Below, piece after piece: positions 35,735 to 44,195 of a stretch of 49,748 nucleotides of DNA (position 1 is the stretch's first letter; each line of letters begins with the position of its first letter). The position numbers were made by a program, and so were the translations under genes. This stretch comes from a virus (lineage: Duplodnaviria > Caudoviricetes), in IMG/VR virus record IMGVR_UViG_3300032216_000911, positions 1 through 49,748 of that record; one strand, written 5' to 3'. A model generated the notes under the pieces. That model made no database searches, was not told the origin of the DNA, and worked only from the letters and a program-made list of their open reading frames with translations.

Positions 35735-35961
35735 TGGCTGACGCCCCCGACTCCATGCTCGTTCACTGCGGCTGGTGCAGGCACGAGTGGTTTGCCTTTA
35801 AGTTGCCAATGCCAATCTCTGAAGCCGCAGAGCTTGCAGCGAAAATGCGCTGCCCTGAGTGCGATAGGCCAAGCAGCAAAATCTACTGCGTCCCTGCGCC
35901 AGTATATGGTGATGACATAAACATATCCGCAGAACGTGTTAAAAAAACAGGAGAAAGTTAA
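35731..35961 (+). CDS. Small zinc-ribbon protein
   Basis: CGWC...CPEC. Confidence 0.65.
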   Translation: MMADAPDSMLVHCGWCRHEWFAFKLPMPISEAAELAAKMRCPECDRPSSKIYCVPAPVYGDDINISAERVKKTGES

Positions 35962-35962
35962 C

Positions 35963-36142
35963 ATGAGCGATGATCTTGTGAAGCGGCTGCGCCAGTACCC
36001 AGACGTCAAGCTACCCAATGAAGCCGCCGACCGCATCGAAAAGCTGGAGGCGGCGCTGCGGGAGATTGCAACAGACAGCGCGCTGGTTCGCTACGACGTG
36101 CAACTGATTTGTCGCATCGCACTGGAGGAGAAAGATGACTGA
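35963..36142 (+). CDS. Small paralog 1 (LVKRLR...AADRIEKLEAALREIA)
   Basis: AGGAG RBS; paralogous to next two genes. Confidence 0.7.
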   Translation: MSDDLVKRLRQYPDVKLPNEAADRIEKLEAALREIATDSALVRYDVQLICRIALEEKDD

Positions 36143-36371
36143 CGATAAGCCGTGGGAATCATCCTCATTGGTCGAAAGGCTTAAGTGGTGGGCTTTCAAA
36201 TTTTACGGCAAAGGGTATCGCGAGACTATGGCATCTGACGCTATGACGGAAGCGCACGAGCGCATTGAGAAGCTGGATGCGGCGCTGCGGGAGATAGCGG
36301 CGCTGGGGTTCTGGGACGGCGACAGCGCGATGCACATCGCCCGCAAAGCACTGGAGGGGAAAGATGACTGA
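36135..36371 (+). CDS. Small paralog 2
   Basis: LVERLK...EAHERIEKLDAALREIA...IARKALE. Confidence 0.7.
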   Translation: MTDDKPWESSSLVERLKWWAFKFYGKGYRETMASDAMTEAHERIEKLDAALREIAALGFWDGDSAMHIARKALEGKDD

Positions 36372-36576
36372 TCTTGTAAAACGGCTGCGCTCGTTGGGAA
36401 GCGCTGGACCGGGGCGTATTTCGTTTCTTGCGTCGGAAGATGCGATGAAAGCCGCCGACCGCATCGCTCAACTGGAAGACGCTCTCAAGGAGCTTCTGAG
36501 CCTCGGTGAGTGGGGTCTGAATGATTTAGCAAGAACAGTAGCCCGCGAGGCTTTAGAGGGGGAAGAGGGGGCCTAA
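36364..36576 (+). CDS. Small paralog 3
   Basis: LVKRLR...AADRIAQLEDALKEL...AREALE. Confidence 0.7.
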   Translation: MTDLVKRLRSLGSAGPGRISFLASEDAMKAADRIAQLEDALKELLSLGEWGLNDLARTVAREALEGEEGA

Positions 36577-36584
36577 GCCCCCTC
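36565..36584. terminator. Hairpin between convergent operons
   Basis: GAGGGGGC-ctaa-GCCCCCTC spanning the stop codon. Confidence 0.55.
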
Positions 36585-36590
36585 AAGCCA

Positions 36591-37001
36591 TTACCAATCG
36601 GAATCAAGGGCCATGGTGATCTGGTCAGCCAGTTCGTTCAGCCCATCACGCACCTGCATGGCGACTAGCCTCAGGTCCTCGTCACCGTTCAACATCTCAA
36701 TCAAGGACGACACGGCATCCTGCAAGGAGATGTCATACTTGGTGTTGGGATCTGTGAGTTCTTCTGTTGAATGAACGCGCAGCACCATGGGGTTTTCAAT
36801 GGGCTCGCCGCCTTCTCCGTCGCAAGGAGGATCGCCAACGCTCCACACGATGGGAAAGCTGCAATCACCAGGCAGGATCTCGACTTCGTCGGACTCTTCC
36901 TCTTCAAAGGCTGCATCTAGATCGACACTTGCCTGATCAAGAGCGTATTGGATTGATTCAAGAACAGCCTCAACCTCAAGGCGCAGGGATTCCTTATCCA
37001 T
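36591..37001 (-). CDS. Highly acidic hypothetical protein
   Basis: AGGAG RBS; about 35 D/E versus 6 K/R in 136 aa (hand count). Confidence 0.75.
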   Translation of the reverse strand: MDKESLRLEVEAVLESIQYALDQASVDLDAAFEEEESDEVEILPGDCSFPIVWSVGDPPCDGEGGEPIENPMVLRVHSTEELTDPNTKYDISLQDAVSSLIEMLNGDEDLRLVAMQVRDGLNELADQITMALDSDW

Positions 37002-37057
37002 GACTATCTCCTATTTGCTGGGATCAGCTTGACGATATTGCCAGATTTTTGTGACGG

Positions 37058-37294
37058 CTATTTAGAAGCGCCGCCCTCAATTACCCGCAAATCCGCCGTC
37101 GACGTGGCCTTAATAGACGAGCAAACCTTGCGCATCATTGTGTAGGTTAAGTCCCTGGCGGTCGGGTCGGATGATGCCTCGGCATACTTAGCAAGATGCA
37201 CAAAAGCATAGCAACGCTGGGACACAGCGTCATCCATAGTAGTGATATCACTATCATCAACCAGCTCAATGATGTCGTCGTCATTCCCGCTCAT
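37058..37294 (-). CDS. Hypothetical protein
   Basis: GGAG RBS before MSGNDDD; ends LRVIEGG. Confidence 0.65.
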   Translation of the reverse strand: MSGNDDDIIELVDDSDITTMDDAVSQRCYAFVHLAKYAEASSDPTARDLTYTMMRKVCSSIKATSTADLRVIEGGASK

Positions 37295-37553
37295 GTGTGA
37301 TCTCCGGCGCAAACCAATCGTGATCGTCGATTGGAAGTGAGTGAGTTCTCATGTAATGGATGCTTGGCTCTCGGTGAAACGCACGATGACGGTCTCGCTC
37401 AAGATCGCGAACGCGTTCATGCAGCTGCACGACCTGAAGGTTCAAAGCAATCAACTCGCGGGCCATTTCATTTTCGGCATCCATGGGGCCATGCTTGACT
37501 CGGAACATGGCGCACAGCTCCTCCGCGAACGGGTGCATATCGTCCAGTCTCAT
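37281..37553 (-). CDS. Hypothetical coiled-coil protein
   Basis: ATGA overlap with the phosphoesterase stop. Confidence 0.65.
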   Translation of the reverse strand: MRLDDMHPFAEELCAMFRVKHGPMDAENEMARELIALNLQVVQLHERVRDLERDRHRAFHREPSIHYMRTHSLPIDDHDWFAPEITHERE

Positions 37554-38548
37554 TCATACCGTCTCCGCAACTCAGACATGTCAATGAAACGGTGGGAAAT
37601 GATGTGTCCCGATCTTATTGACAACTCATAGATACCATACGACCAGCCAGAGGTCGCGGTCCCCGCATACTTCGCCACATAGCCGTCTGGCATGGCGCTT
37701 CCCAGATTAAGAACTTCGATGGAGTTGTTGAGGCCGATCTTTGGCGTCTTTCGAAAGGTGGAACGGTGAGTGTGGCCGAAGACGATGCTGTGCGTTGCGT
37801 GGTTGGCAATCTGATTTTCGCTGTTCTGTCCACCATACGGCTTCCCCATGATGTTCTTGGGCACATGCGTGAACCCAACACCGTCTATGAAAAGCCATTG
37901 CCCGTAAGGATGCAAGCGCCAACGGTAGCGCGCACACAACTCTTCCAGCTGCATATAGAGAGTTCCAACAGTTTCGGCGTTTTTGTTCTCAAAACGTTGG
38001 ATCCGGTCTTCGTGGTTCCCCGCCGTCAGCTCCATGGGGATGTTGAGATCCTTAATCTCCTTAAAAAAGAGGCCCATGGCCTCTTCGCAACTCTCCAGAT
38101 CTGTCTTGAATGATGGCCTCATGGCGTGATTAACACTGCCAGGCGCATCGTGGGTTGAGACCGAGTCCCAAGAACAGAAGTCGCCGATTTGGACGATCCG
38201 GTGCGGTATGACTGCGGCACAATGCCGCCCAATCCATTTGAACCGATCTTTTGGCATTCCTGGCTGGTCGTGCGTATCGCCTATGGCGACGACTGTGGTG
38301 GCGCTATCTACACGACCGCCGATGTATTTGGGCTTGTTGGTTGAGAAAAATGATAACCGCCGCTTTAGATCGTCTATTTCTTTCTCCATATCATGAATTT
38401 TAACAACTGATTCTGAAACTCTGACTGGTCTTTCGTTGTTGATTCTTGATCGAACGGTTGACTCTGGCAGACCCAAAAAGCGAGCCGCTTTTCGGATGGA
38501 CCCGTGCTTTTCACATAAATTTTTTGTCTGCTCAGCTGTAAGGTACAT
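37550..38548 (-). CDS. Calcineurin-like metallophosphoesterase with N-terminal HTH
   Basis: GDTH, QIGDF, GNHE, FTH, GHTH; N-terminal SIRKAARFLGLPESTVRSRI; start MYLTAEQ inferred. Confidence 0.88.
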   Translation of the reverse strand: MYLTAEQTKNLCEKHGSIRKAARFLGLPESTVRSRINNERPVRVSESVVKIHDMEKEIDDLKRRLSFFSTNKPKYIGGRVDSATTVVAIGDTHDQPGMPKDRFKWIGRHCAAVIPHRIVQIGDFCSWDSVSTHDAPGSVNHAMRPSFKTDLESCEEAMGLFFKEIKDLNIPMELTAGNHEDRIQRFENKNAETVGTLYMQLEELCARYRWRLHPYGQWLFIDGVGFTHVPKNIMGKPYGGQNSENQIANHATHSIVFGHTHRSTFRKTPKIGLNNSIEVLNLGSAMPDGYVAKYAGTATSGWSYGIYELSIRSGHIISHRFIDMSELRRRYE

Positions 38549-38618
38549 TTCATGTTCCCCACTTCGACGATGTGTTGTAGCATATAATTGTGAAAATTTA
38601 ACCATAGGAATCAGTACA

Positions 38619-38909
38619 ATGAGACCAGACCCCATCATCCGACACGGGTGGTATTGGTCCTTCGGGTGGCTCCGGCGCCCGGAGTACGACACAGAGGACA
38701 TGTATTGCTATGAGCACCCGGATGGTGAGTTGTGGCTATCACCGAGCAAGGCGATCTATCTGGATTGCCGCAGGTGCGTGAAAACCGGAGAGCTATACTG
38801 CTCACCTTCCGTCATCCCAAAGAGGCCCATGAAATATGATCCATCAGCTAAATCCTCCGCTTCCGGTGGAAACTCCCAAGGGCAAGGCCCTATGTATCGC
38901 ATGGATTGA
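38619..38909 (+). CDS. Hypothetical protein
   Basis: AGGA RBS after AT-rich divergent gap; Trp/Tyr/Cys-rich. Confidence 0.5.
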   Translation: MRPDPIIRHGWYWSFGWLRRPEYDTEDMYCYEHPDGELWLSPSKAIYLDCRRCVKTGELYCSPSVIPKRPMKYDPSAKSSASGGNSQGQGPMYRMD

Positions 38910-39030
38910 CTACGGGCCCGAGCACCATCTGCTCTGGGTCTGCTTCCAAAACGACACCCGAGAGTGTTGGTGTTGGGCTAACCCCGACATCAAAGCCCAA
39001 ACCAACCCAAGCATGGGGAGACCGCATTGA
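38836..39030 (+). CDS. Conserved small phage protein
   Basis: QLNPPLPVETPKG.A...IDYGPEH.L.WVCF...T.ECW. Confidence 0.7.
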   Translation: MIHQLNPPLPVETPKGKALCIAWIDYGPEHHLLWVCFQNDTRECWCWANPDIKAQTNPSMGRPH

Positions 39031-39749
39031 TACACTTCATCTGGCTCACGCAGCCTGGCAGCAGGCCCTTCAGCTTCATCAACTCGCTGGCCGTGCTGGC
39101 GGCGACTGCTCACCACCTCGAGCCCATCATCATGTGGTGCAATGAGGTGCCCCGCAACAATCCCAACTGGTACATGGTGAAGGACCTATTTGAGGTAAGA
39201 CATGTCGATCTCCCGACCGAGATCGGCGGGGTGCCGCTGACGCATATCCAATACAAGGCGGACGTGCTTCGCCTGCGTATCCTGCAAGAGCATGGCGGCA
39301 TATACCTAGATACCGACAGCCTACTCCTGAAGCCCCTGACGCCCTTGGTGGGGCCAGAGATGGTGCTGGCTCGGGAAAGCCCTGACTCGCTGGCCATGTC
39401 GCCGATCATCGCCAAGCCAGGCGCTGATTTCATTGGGAAATGGCTGGATCGGATCCCGGCTGCGCTTGAAGTTGGGACCTGGGCATACCACGCTGTAAAT
39501 TTACCTGTGGAAATCTCGAAGGAATGTCTGTGTGACATTCGCCCCCAGCACGAGTTCTTTCCCTTTGACCTTCGTCACAATTACCTCTTCGACGAGGGCA
39601 GGGCAGACGAGCACATAAAGCGCTTAGGAGATCCCTATGCGCTGCACGTTTACGAAACCTACTGGGCCGGATACATCGACGGTGTGGACGAGTCCTACAT
39701 GAGGACCCGCGACACGCTGTTTGCGAGGTTGTTTAAGGGCCTCGTCTGA
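39027..39749 (+). CDS. Glycosyltransferase family 32-like (DxD sugar-binding)
   Basis: IHFIW, ADVLRLRILQEHGGIYLDTD, YALHVY. Confidence 0.85.
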   Translation: MIHFIWLTQPGSRPFSFINSLAVLAATAHHLEPIIMWCNEVPRNNPNWYMVKDLFEVRHVDLPTEIGGVPLTHIQYKADVLRLRILQEHGGIYLDTDSLLLKPLTPLVGPEMVLARESPDSLAMSPIIAKPGADFIGKWLDRIPAALEVGTWAYHAVNLPVEISKECLCDIRPQHEFFPFDLRHNYLFDEGRADEHIKRLGDPYALHVYETYWAGYIDGVDESYMRTRDTLFARLFKGLV

Positions 39750-41766
39750 TGGTCAAGGGCGGCATCTGATACGGCTCTTGCTCTGGCATTCTGCCGCCCA
39801 TGGTTTTGGTAGCGACCTTGGTCCCCGCAGTAGCAAGCGCACGCTGCTTGGTCGCCTTTGCTGCCTGATCTTCAGCATAGGCAGAAAGAGATTTGGTTAC
39901 ACGGTCAACCTCTTCTGGCGTTCCAGAGCGTAGCATTTCGCCGATAGCATTTGCACGTTTCTCAGGGATCGAAGGGTTTTGCACTAAAAAGTTGAAGACC
40001 CTGTTCAGTGCGGATGCAGGCTTGCCTGTTGCCACGTCCTTTGCAACGCCCAGAGCAGTCATGTCAGGGGCGGATTCAAGATCCTTCAAGCCTTCTAAGC
40101 GGCGAGCTGTCGGAGATCCGCCTTTGATGCGTTGAGCGTTTGCCGCAAGCTTTGCCTCCGTCTCAAGATAAGCTTGAAACAGCTGACCACTCATTTGCTC
40201 GGGCATGATAATATTGAGCGAGTCTCTTCGATCTTGAATGGCCTGACCTATACGCTTGGTTGCATCTGTATTGTCAGCGCTGCCAAAAAGCTTGTCGCGC
40301 ATGGCCTTAATAGCGCCTGCACGATAGGCTTCCTTCTCAGCATCAGACATGCCTTTCCACGCCAGCTTCAGCTCCTCAGGATCAGCCGTCATGAACTCCT
40401 TGCGGGCATTTGTCAGGGCGTTCTTGACCTCCATGTCGCCAGCATATTGAGCACGAGCAGCGGCAAACTCGGGGACATTTTTATCAAGCGTGCTGGCGAT
40501 CTCATTCTTCAGCATGGTGGCGCCGCGACCGAGTTGCGTAACTTTTCCGGCCACGTCAGTTTGGCTGTCAATGACCTGACCAAGGCCACGCATGATGTAA
40601 TCGTATTGCCGGATCTGCGGCAAGCCCGCAAAATCTTGGCTGGTAAGAGCAGCTGTCCCGGTCTCTTTAAAATTCTTCCGCCTCTCAGCCAAAAATAGCT
40701 TTTCGGCATATTTTGCAGCTTCAGGAAAAGCAGCGTTTACATCATCCATGACGGTCTGAAGCTGATACTGAGCCTCTGGGGGAAGCTTAGCCTTGTAGGC
40801 CTGATCGTAGAGGGGTGAAGCCTTGGTGCGCAGTGCCTCAACAGCGTTATCAACCGTATCAAAATAAGGCTGACTGGAATCAAGGCGCTCTTTGGCCTGC
40901 TCCATAATACGCTGACGCTGCCCCTGCTGGCGGTCAATGACTTCTTGCGTAAGAGCCTCGCCAGCTGCTCCAGGACGCTGCGCAATAGCCTCTGCGCGTG
41001 ACGTGAGGGATGGGGCAACATCAAAGTAGTTCGGAGACGCGCCCGTAGACTGCATGTATTCAAAGCGGGCTTGCGCCTGCTCTGGTGTCATGCCGCTGCG
41101 CTGAAGGTCCTGCAAGACCTTCTGCTTAGCCACACCTTCAGAGAAGACACTGGGGGCTACGCGTTCGGCGAGACCCTTAACAACGGGCGCAGCAATCTTG
41201 CCAGCGCCGGTCAGCAACGGACCTAGAGCCGCACCTGTAGCGCCACCTTCTAGGCCACCAACAACACGGTTAGAGAAGCCCCCCTCGGCACTTCCAAGGC
41301 CCCCAATAACACCCTGTTTCGTTCCAATAACGCCAGCTTGAATGTAGGGCTCAGCCACTTTGCCAATCCTGCTGGCAAGTTGAAGGCCCTTTGCTTCACC
41401 AAGGCCAGGCACAAGAAGAGTAGGCAGGCTACCAACAACCTCAGACCCAAGCGCCGCTACAGGATACTGGTCGCGAAACCTTTTCAGCGAATCTCGTTCC
41501 TCTTGAAGGGCCTTGTCGTAATCTTCACCGCCAAGCTTTGAACGCGCCAGTGCTGTCAGCTCGTCACCAAAGCCAAACGTAAGGCCAGATCCTACAGAGC
41601 GTGCAAGGCCCTTGGCATACTCGCCCCCACTCATGGGCTGTGATGCCTCTGGCACTGTAGCAATGGGTTTTTTTTCGGGCGCAGAACCGCGAATGCTCTT
41701 AAGAGCAGTTTGGATCTCTTCATCCGTTGCGTCGTCAGGGAAGTTGTATCCCAATACCATCTTCAT
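39733..41766 (-). CDS. Internal virion/DNA-ejection protein
   Basis: FPDDAT N-terminus, GLTFGFGDE, Gly/Ala hydrophobic segment, PLYDQAY, AAARAQYAG, GGSPTARR; last of the tail genes. Confidence 0.7.
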   Translation of the reverse strand: MKMVLGYNFPDDATDEEIQTALKSIRGSAPEKKPIATVPEASQPMSGGEYAKGLARSVGSGLTFGFGDELTALARSKLGGEDYDKALQEERDSLKRFRDQYPVAALGSEVVGSLPTLLVPGLGEAKGLQLASRIGKVAEPYIQAGVIGTKQGVIGGLGSAEGGFSNRVVGGLEGGATGAALGPLLTGAGKIAAPVVKGLAERVAPSVFSEGVAKQKVLQDLQRSGMTPEQAQARFEYMQSTGASPNYFDVAPSLTSRAEAIAQRPGAAGEALTQEVIDRQQGQRQRIMEQAKERLDSSQPYFDTVDNAVEALRTKASPLYDQAYKAKLPPEAQYQLQTVMDDVNAAFPEAAKYAEKLFLAERRKNFKETGTAALTSQDFAGLPQIRQYDYIMRGLGQVIDSQTDVAGKVTQLGRGATMLKNEIASTLDKNVPEFAAARAQYAGDMEVKNALTNARKEFMTADPEELKLAWKGMSDAEKEAYRAGAIKAMRDKLFGSADNTDATKRIGQAIQDRRDSLNIIMPEQMSGQLFQAYLETEAKLAANAQRIKGGSPTARRLEGLKDLESAPDMTALGVAKDVATGKPASALNRVFNFLVQNPSIPEKRANAIGEMLRSGTPEEVDRVTKSLSAYAEDQAAKATKQRALATAGTKVATKTMGGRMPEQEPYQMPPLTIRRGP

Positions 41767-41768
41767 GG

Positions 41769-43196
41769 TTATTGCCCCGGTTGGAGAACAAGTTGGCCAT
41801 TTGCATCGCGAGTAAAGCTTCTTGGAGCCGACTGCTGTTTGAAGAAGTCCTGATAGCCAACCCGGTTCGGGTTCAGTTTGATGTTAGAAATATCACCTCG
41901 GGGGTCTTGGCTGCTGTCAAACACCGGATTAGCATTCAAATATGTTTTCCAGTGCTTTTGCGCACCATCAAGTGTTCCGTTCTGAGAAAGATAATCACGA
42001 AAGAACTCGCGTCGATCAATCTCAAGTTGTTTTGCAGCAATCATGCCAAGACCAATATTTCGGTTGGTCGCATAGTCGTTTGATGTGCTCATGGATGCTT
42101 TGCCAAACTGTTTTGCGTCGAAGTCAGACATGCTGCCTTCGCCTGCTTGGCGCATACCGCGCGACAACCCAATGGCAATCTTGTCCATTTCCTTGGCTTC
42201 TGCAGAGAATGAAGGCAACTGCCCAACAATAGGACCAGTTTTGCTTTTGTTGACTTCATTGATTTCCAAGAACCTATTGGCTTCGCGGATCTCTTCCTGA
42301 AGCGATCCAACAGGTTTTTTTGTCTCTTCCTTATCAAGAAGGTCGCGGCCCTTGTCCATTTCGCGAACCTTGAACTGCTCTCGTACTTTGGGAGATTGAA
42401 TAAAGGCAGCATTATCCCTTTCCGGAACAGGGATTCCAGATGCCTGCGCGAGCTGCTGACGGTTTGCCGCGCTAGTTGAATCAGCTAAGGCCTTGATTTT
42501 TGCCGGATCAAGCTCCTGATTGGTGATTGGGTCATATTGTTTGTCACCAACCACCTTAATGGTCATCACAGTGCCGTCAGTCATCTTGATATCTTTGTAT
42601 TCAGGTTCTGCCTCGCCAATGTCGAGTTTTTGTTTAATAGCGCGTGCGCGATCTTCCGGCGATAAGGTAGCCAGAAGCTGCTGTGTCTCAGTGGGTTTGG
42701 GCTGCGCAGCCTGCTGCGCTTGCAGAAGCTGCAATGCCTGCGCCGGATCCACACCGCCAGTGCCAGCCATCTCCATGCCGAGCTTCTGACGTGCCATCTG
42801 AAGCTGCTGAAGTTGCTGCTGACGTTGACGCTGAGCCTCTGCCGCCTTCGACAACGGACCAGCTAAGGCTGTCCCAACATTGCCCAGCGTTTCGCCAAAA
42901 CCTCCACTGCGGGTGGTCTGTCCGAGTGCGCCAGCTGCTTGAAACAACATCGAAGCCCTGTCAAGGTCGCTCATCCCGGTCTGGCTGAGAGCGCCTTCCT
43001 GCTTCTGCATGGAGGCAAGATATTCTTGCTGCGCGGCACGCTGAGCGTCAGCCTTTTGCTGCATTTGCTGATAGATAGCCTGATACGGGCCCTGAAACTG
43101 AAGAGCGGCAAGGCCTGACGCTGGCACAGCAGCAGGCTTCTCGTCATCATCTTCGGTGTTTACTTGGCCGCCGAGCGGTGCCTGTGTGATGGCCAT
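41769..43196 (-). CDS. Internal virion/DNA-ejection protein
   Basis: Gln-rich coiled coil, GGFGETLGN, GEGSMSDFD; position. Confidence 0.65.
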   Translation of the reverse strand: MAITQAPLGGQVNTEDDDEKPAAVPASGLAALQFQGPYQAIYQQMQQKADAQRAAQQEYLASMQKQEGALSQTGMSDLDRASMLFQAAGALGQTTRSGGFGETLGNVGTALAGPLSKAAEAQRQRQQQLQQLQMARQKLGMEMAGTGGVDPAQALQLLQAQQAAQPKPTETQQLLATLSPEDRARAIKQKLDIGEAEPEYKDIKMTDGTVMTIKVVGDKQYDPITNQELDPAKIKALADSTSAANRQQLAQASGIPVPERDNAAFIQSPKVREQFKVREMDKGRDLLDKEETKKPVGSLQEEIREANRFLEINEVNKSKTGPIVGQLPSFSAEAKEMDKIAIGLSRGMRQAGEGSMSDFDAKQFGKASMSTSNDYATNRNIGLGMIAAKQLEIDRREFFRDYLSQNGTLDGAQKHWKTYLNANPVFDSSQDPRGDISNIKLNPNRVGYQDFFKQQSAPRSFTRDANGQLVLQPGQ

Positions 43197-43199
43197 ATT

Positions 43200-44195
43200 T
43201 CAACTCTTGCCCAAGAGGTTGCTAAGAGCCGCCGCGCTAAGGCCAGCACTGGCCAGCGAGGCGAGCGGCGATGCGGAGTAGGTATTTCCCATCGATGTGG
43301 TGGCGCCGGTGGAGGTGCCACCACCGGACGGCAACCCACGCACGATGTTGCTGAGGAATCCCAGCTGCTGCTCAGGATACTGCGTCTGGGTCTGGAAGTC
43401 CTGATAGGCTAGATCCAGGTTCTTCTGGTTCAGGGCCTGCTGCTGCGCGCCGACGGCCTCCTGAGCCGCAGCGCCCGTCAGACCGAGCGCTTGCTCCTTC
43501 TGACCAAGACCAGCCTGTACACCCGCCAGAGCGGCCTTGTTGGCCTCCTCGGTGCCCGTAAGCTGCCCTGCGGCCTGCCCAAGGGACGCCATGCGCTGAA
43601 GGTCGGCCTGAGCCTGAGTGCCAGCCGTGGTGTAACCCTGCGCCAGCTGAGCGCCGATGTTCTGCTCGAGCCCGGAGGCAATGTCGCGAACACCGCGCTG
43701 GGCAATCTCTTGCTGGCGGCTGGATCCGAACTGACCTGCGCGCGTGAACTGATCGCCAATCGCAGGAAGGATCTTCTCCTGCAACTGACGCTGGGCCTCG
43801 GTGCCCATGCGATCAATCACGTTCTGCTGGTAGGGGTTCATGTACTGCTGAATGGTGCTCGGCAGCGTCTGGCTTGCGGCGCTGAAGTATGGCTGCGCAG
43901 CGCCAACGGTGCTGAGCCCACCAGCCTGCGTCGCCGTCTTTTCGGCAGCCTGAAGCTGGGGCTGGTAAGCGCCAGCAGCCTGCTGTGACGCCTGAAACGC
44001 AGCCTGCTGGGGATCCGTAAACCCGGCGATACGCGGGCCACCGTAGGCCTGATATGGCTGCTGAGCGGCGCTGTAGGCGCCAGACATGAGGTTGTAGAGG
44101 TAGTCCGACAGATACTGCGGAACCTGCGAGGTTGAGAGTGTGGAGCTGGTAGAGGGGAGGGGTGTCCCCTGCGTGAGGAAGTTTAGGAACGCCAT
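43200..44195 (-). CDS. DNA transfer/pilot protein (P22 gp7-like position)
   Basis: Gln/Ala-rich; YMNPYQQNVID, AGQFGSSR; hydrophobic C-terminal helix. Confidence 0.7.
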   Translation of the reverse strand: MAFLNFLTQGTPLPSTSSTLSTSQVPQYLSDYLYNLMSGAYSAAQQPYQAYGGPRIAGFTDPQQAAFQASQQAAGAYQPQLQAAEKTATQAGGLSTVGAAQPYFSAASQTLPSTIQQYMNPYQQNVIDRMGTEAQRQLQEKILPAIGDQFTRAGQFGSSRQQEIAQRGVRDIASGLEQNIGAQLAQGYTTAGTQAQADLQRMASLGQAAGQLTGTEEANKAALAGVQAGLGQKEQALGLTGAAAQEAVGAQQQALNQKNLDLAYQDFQTQTQYPEQQLGFLSNIVRGLPSGGGTSTGATTSMGNTYSASPLASLASAGLSAAALSNLLGKS

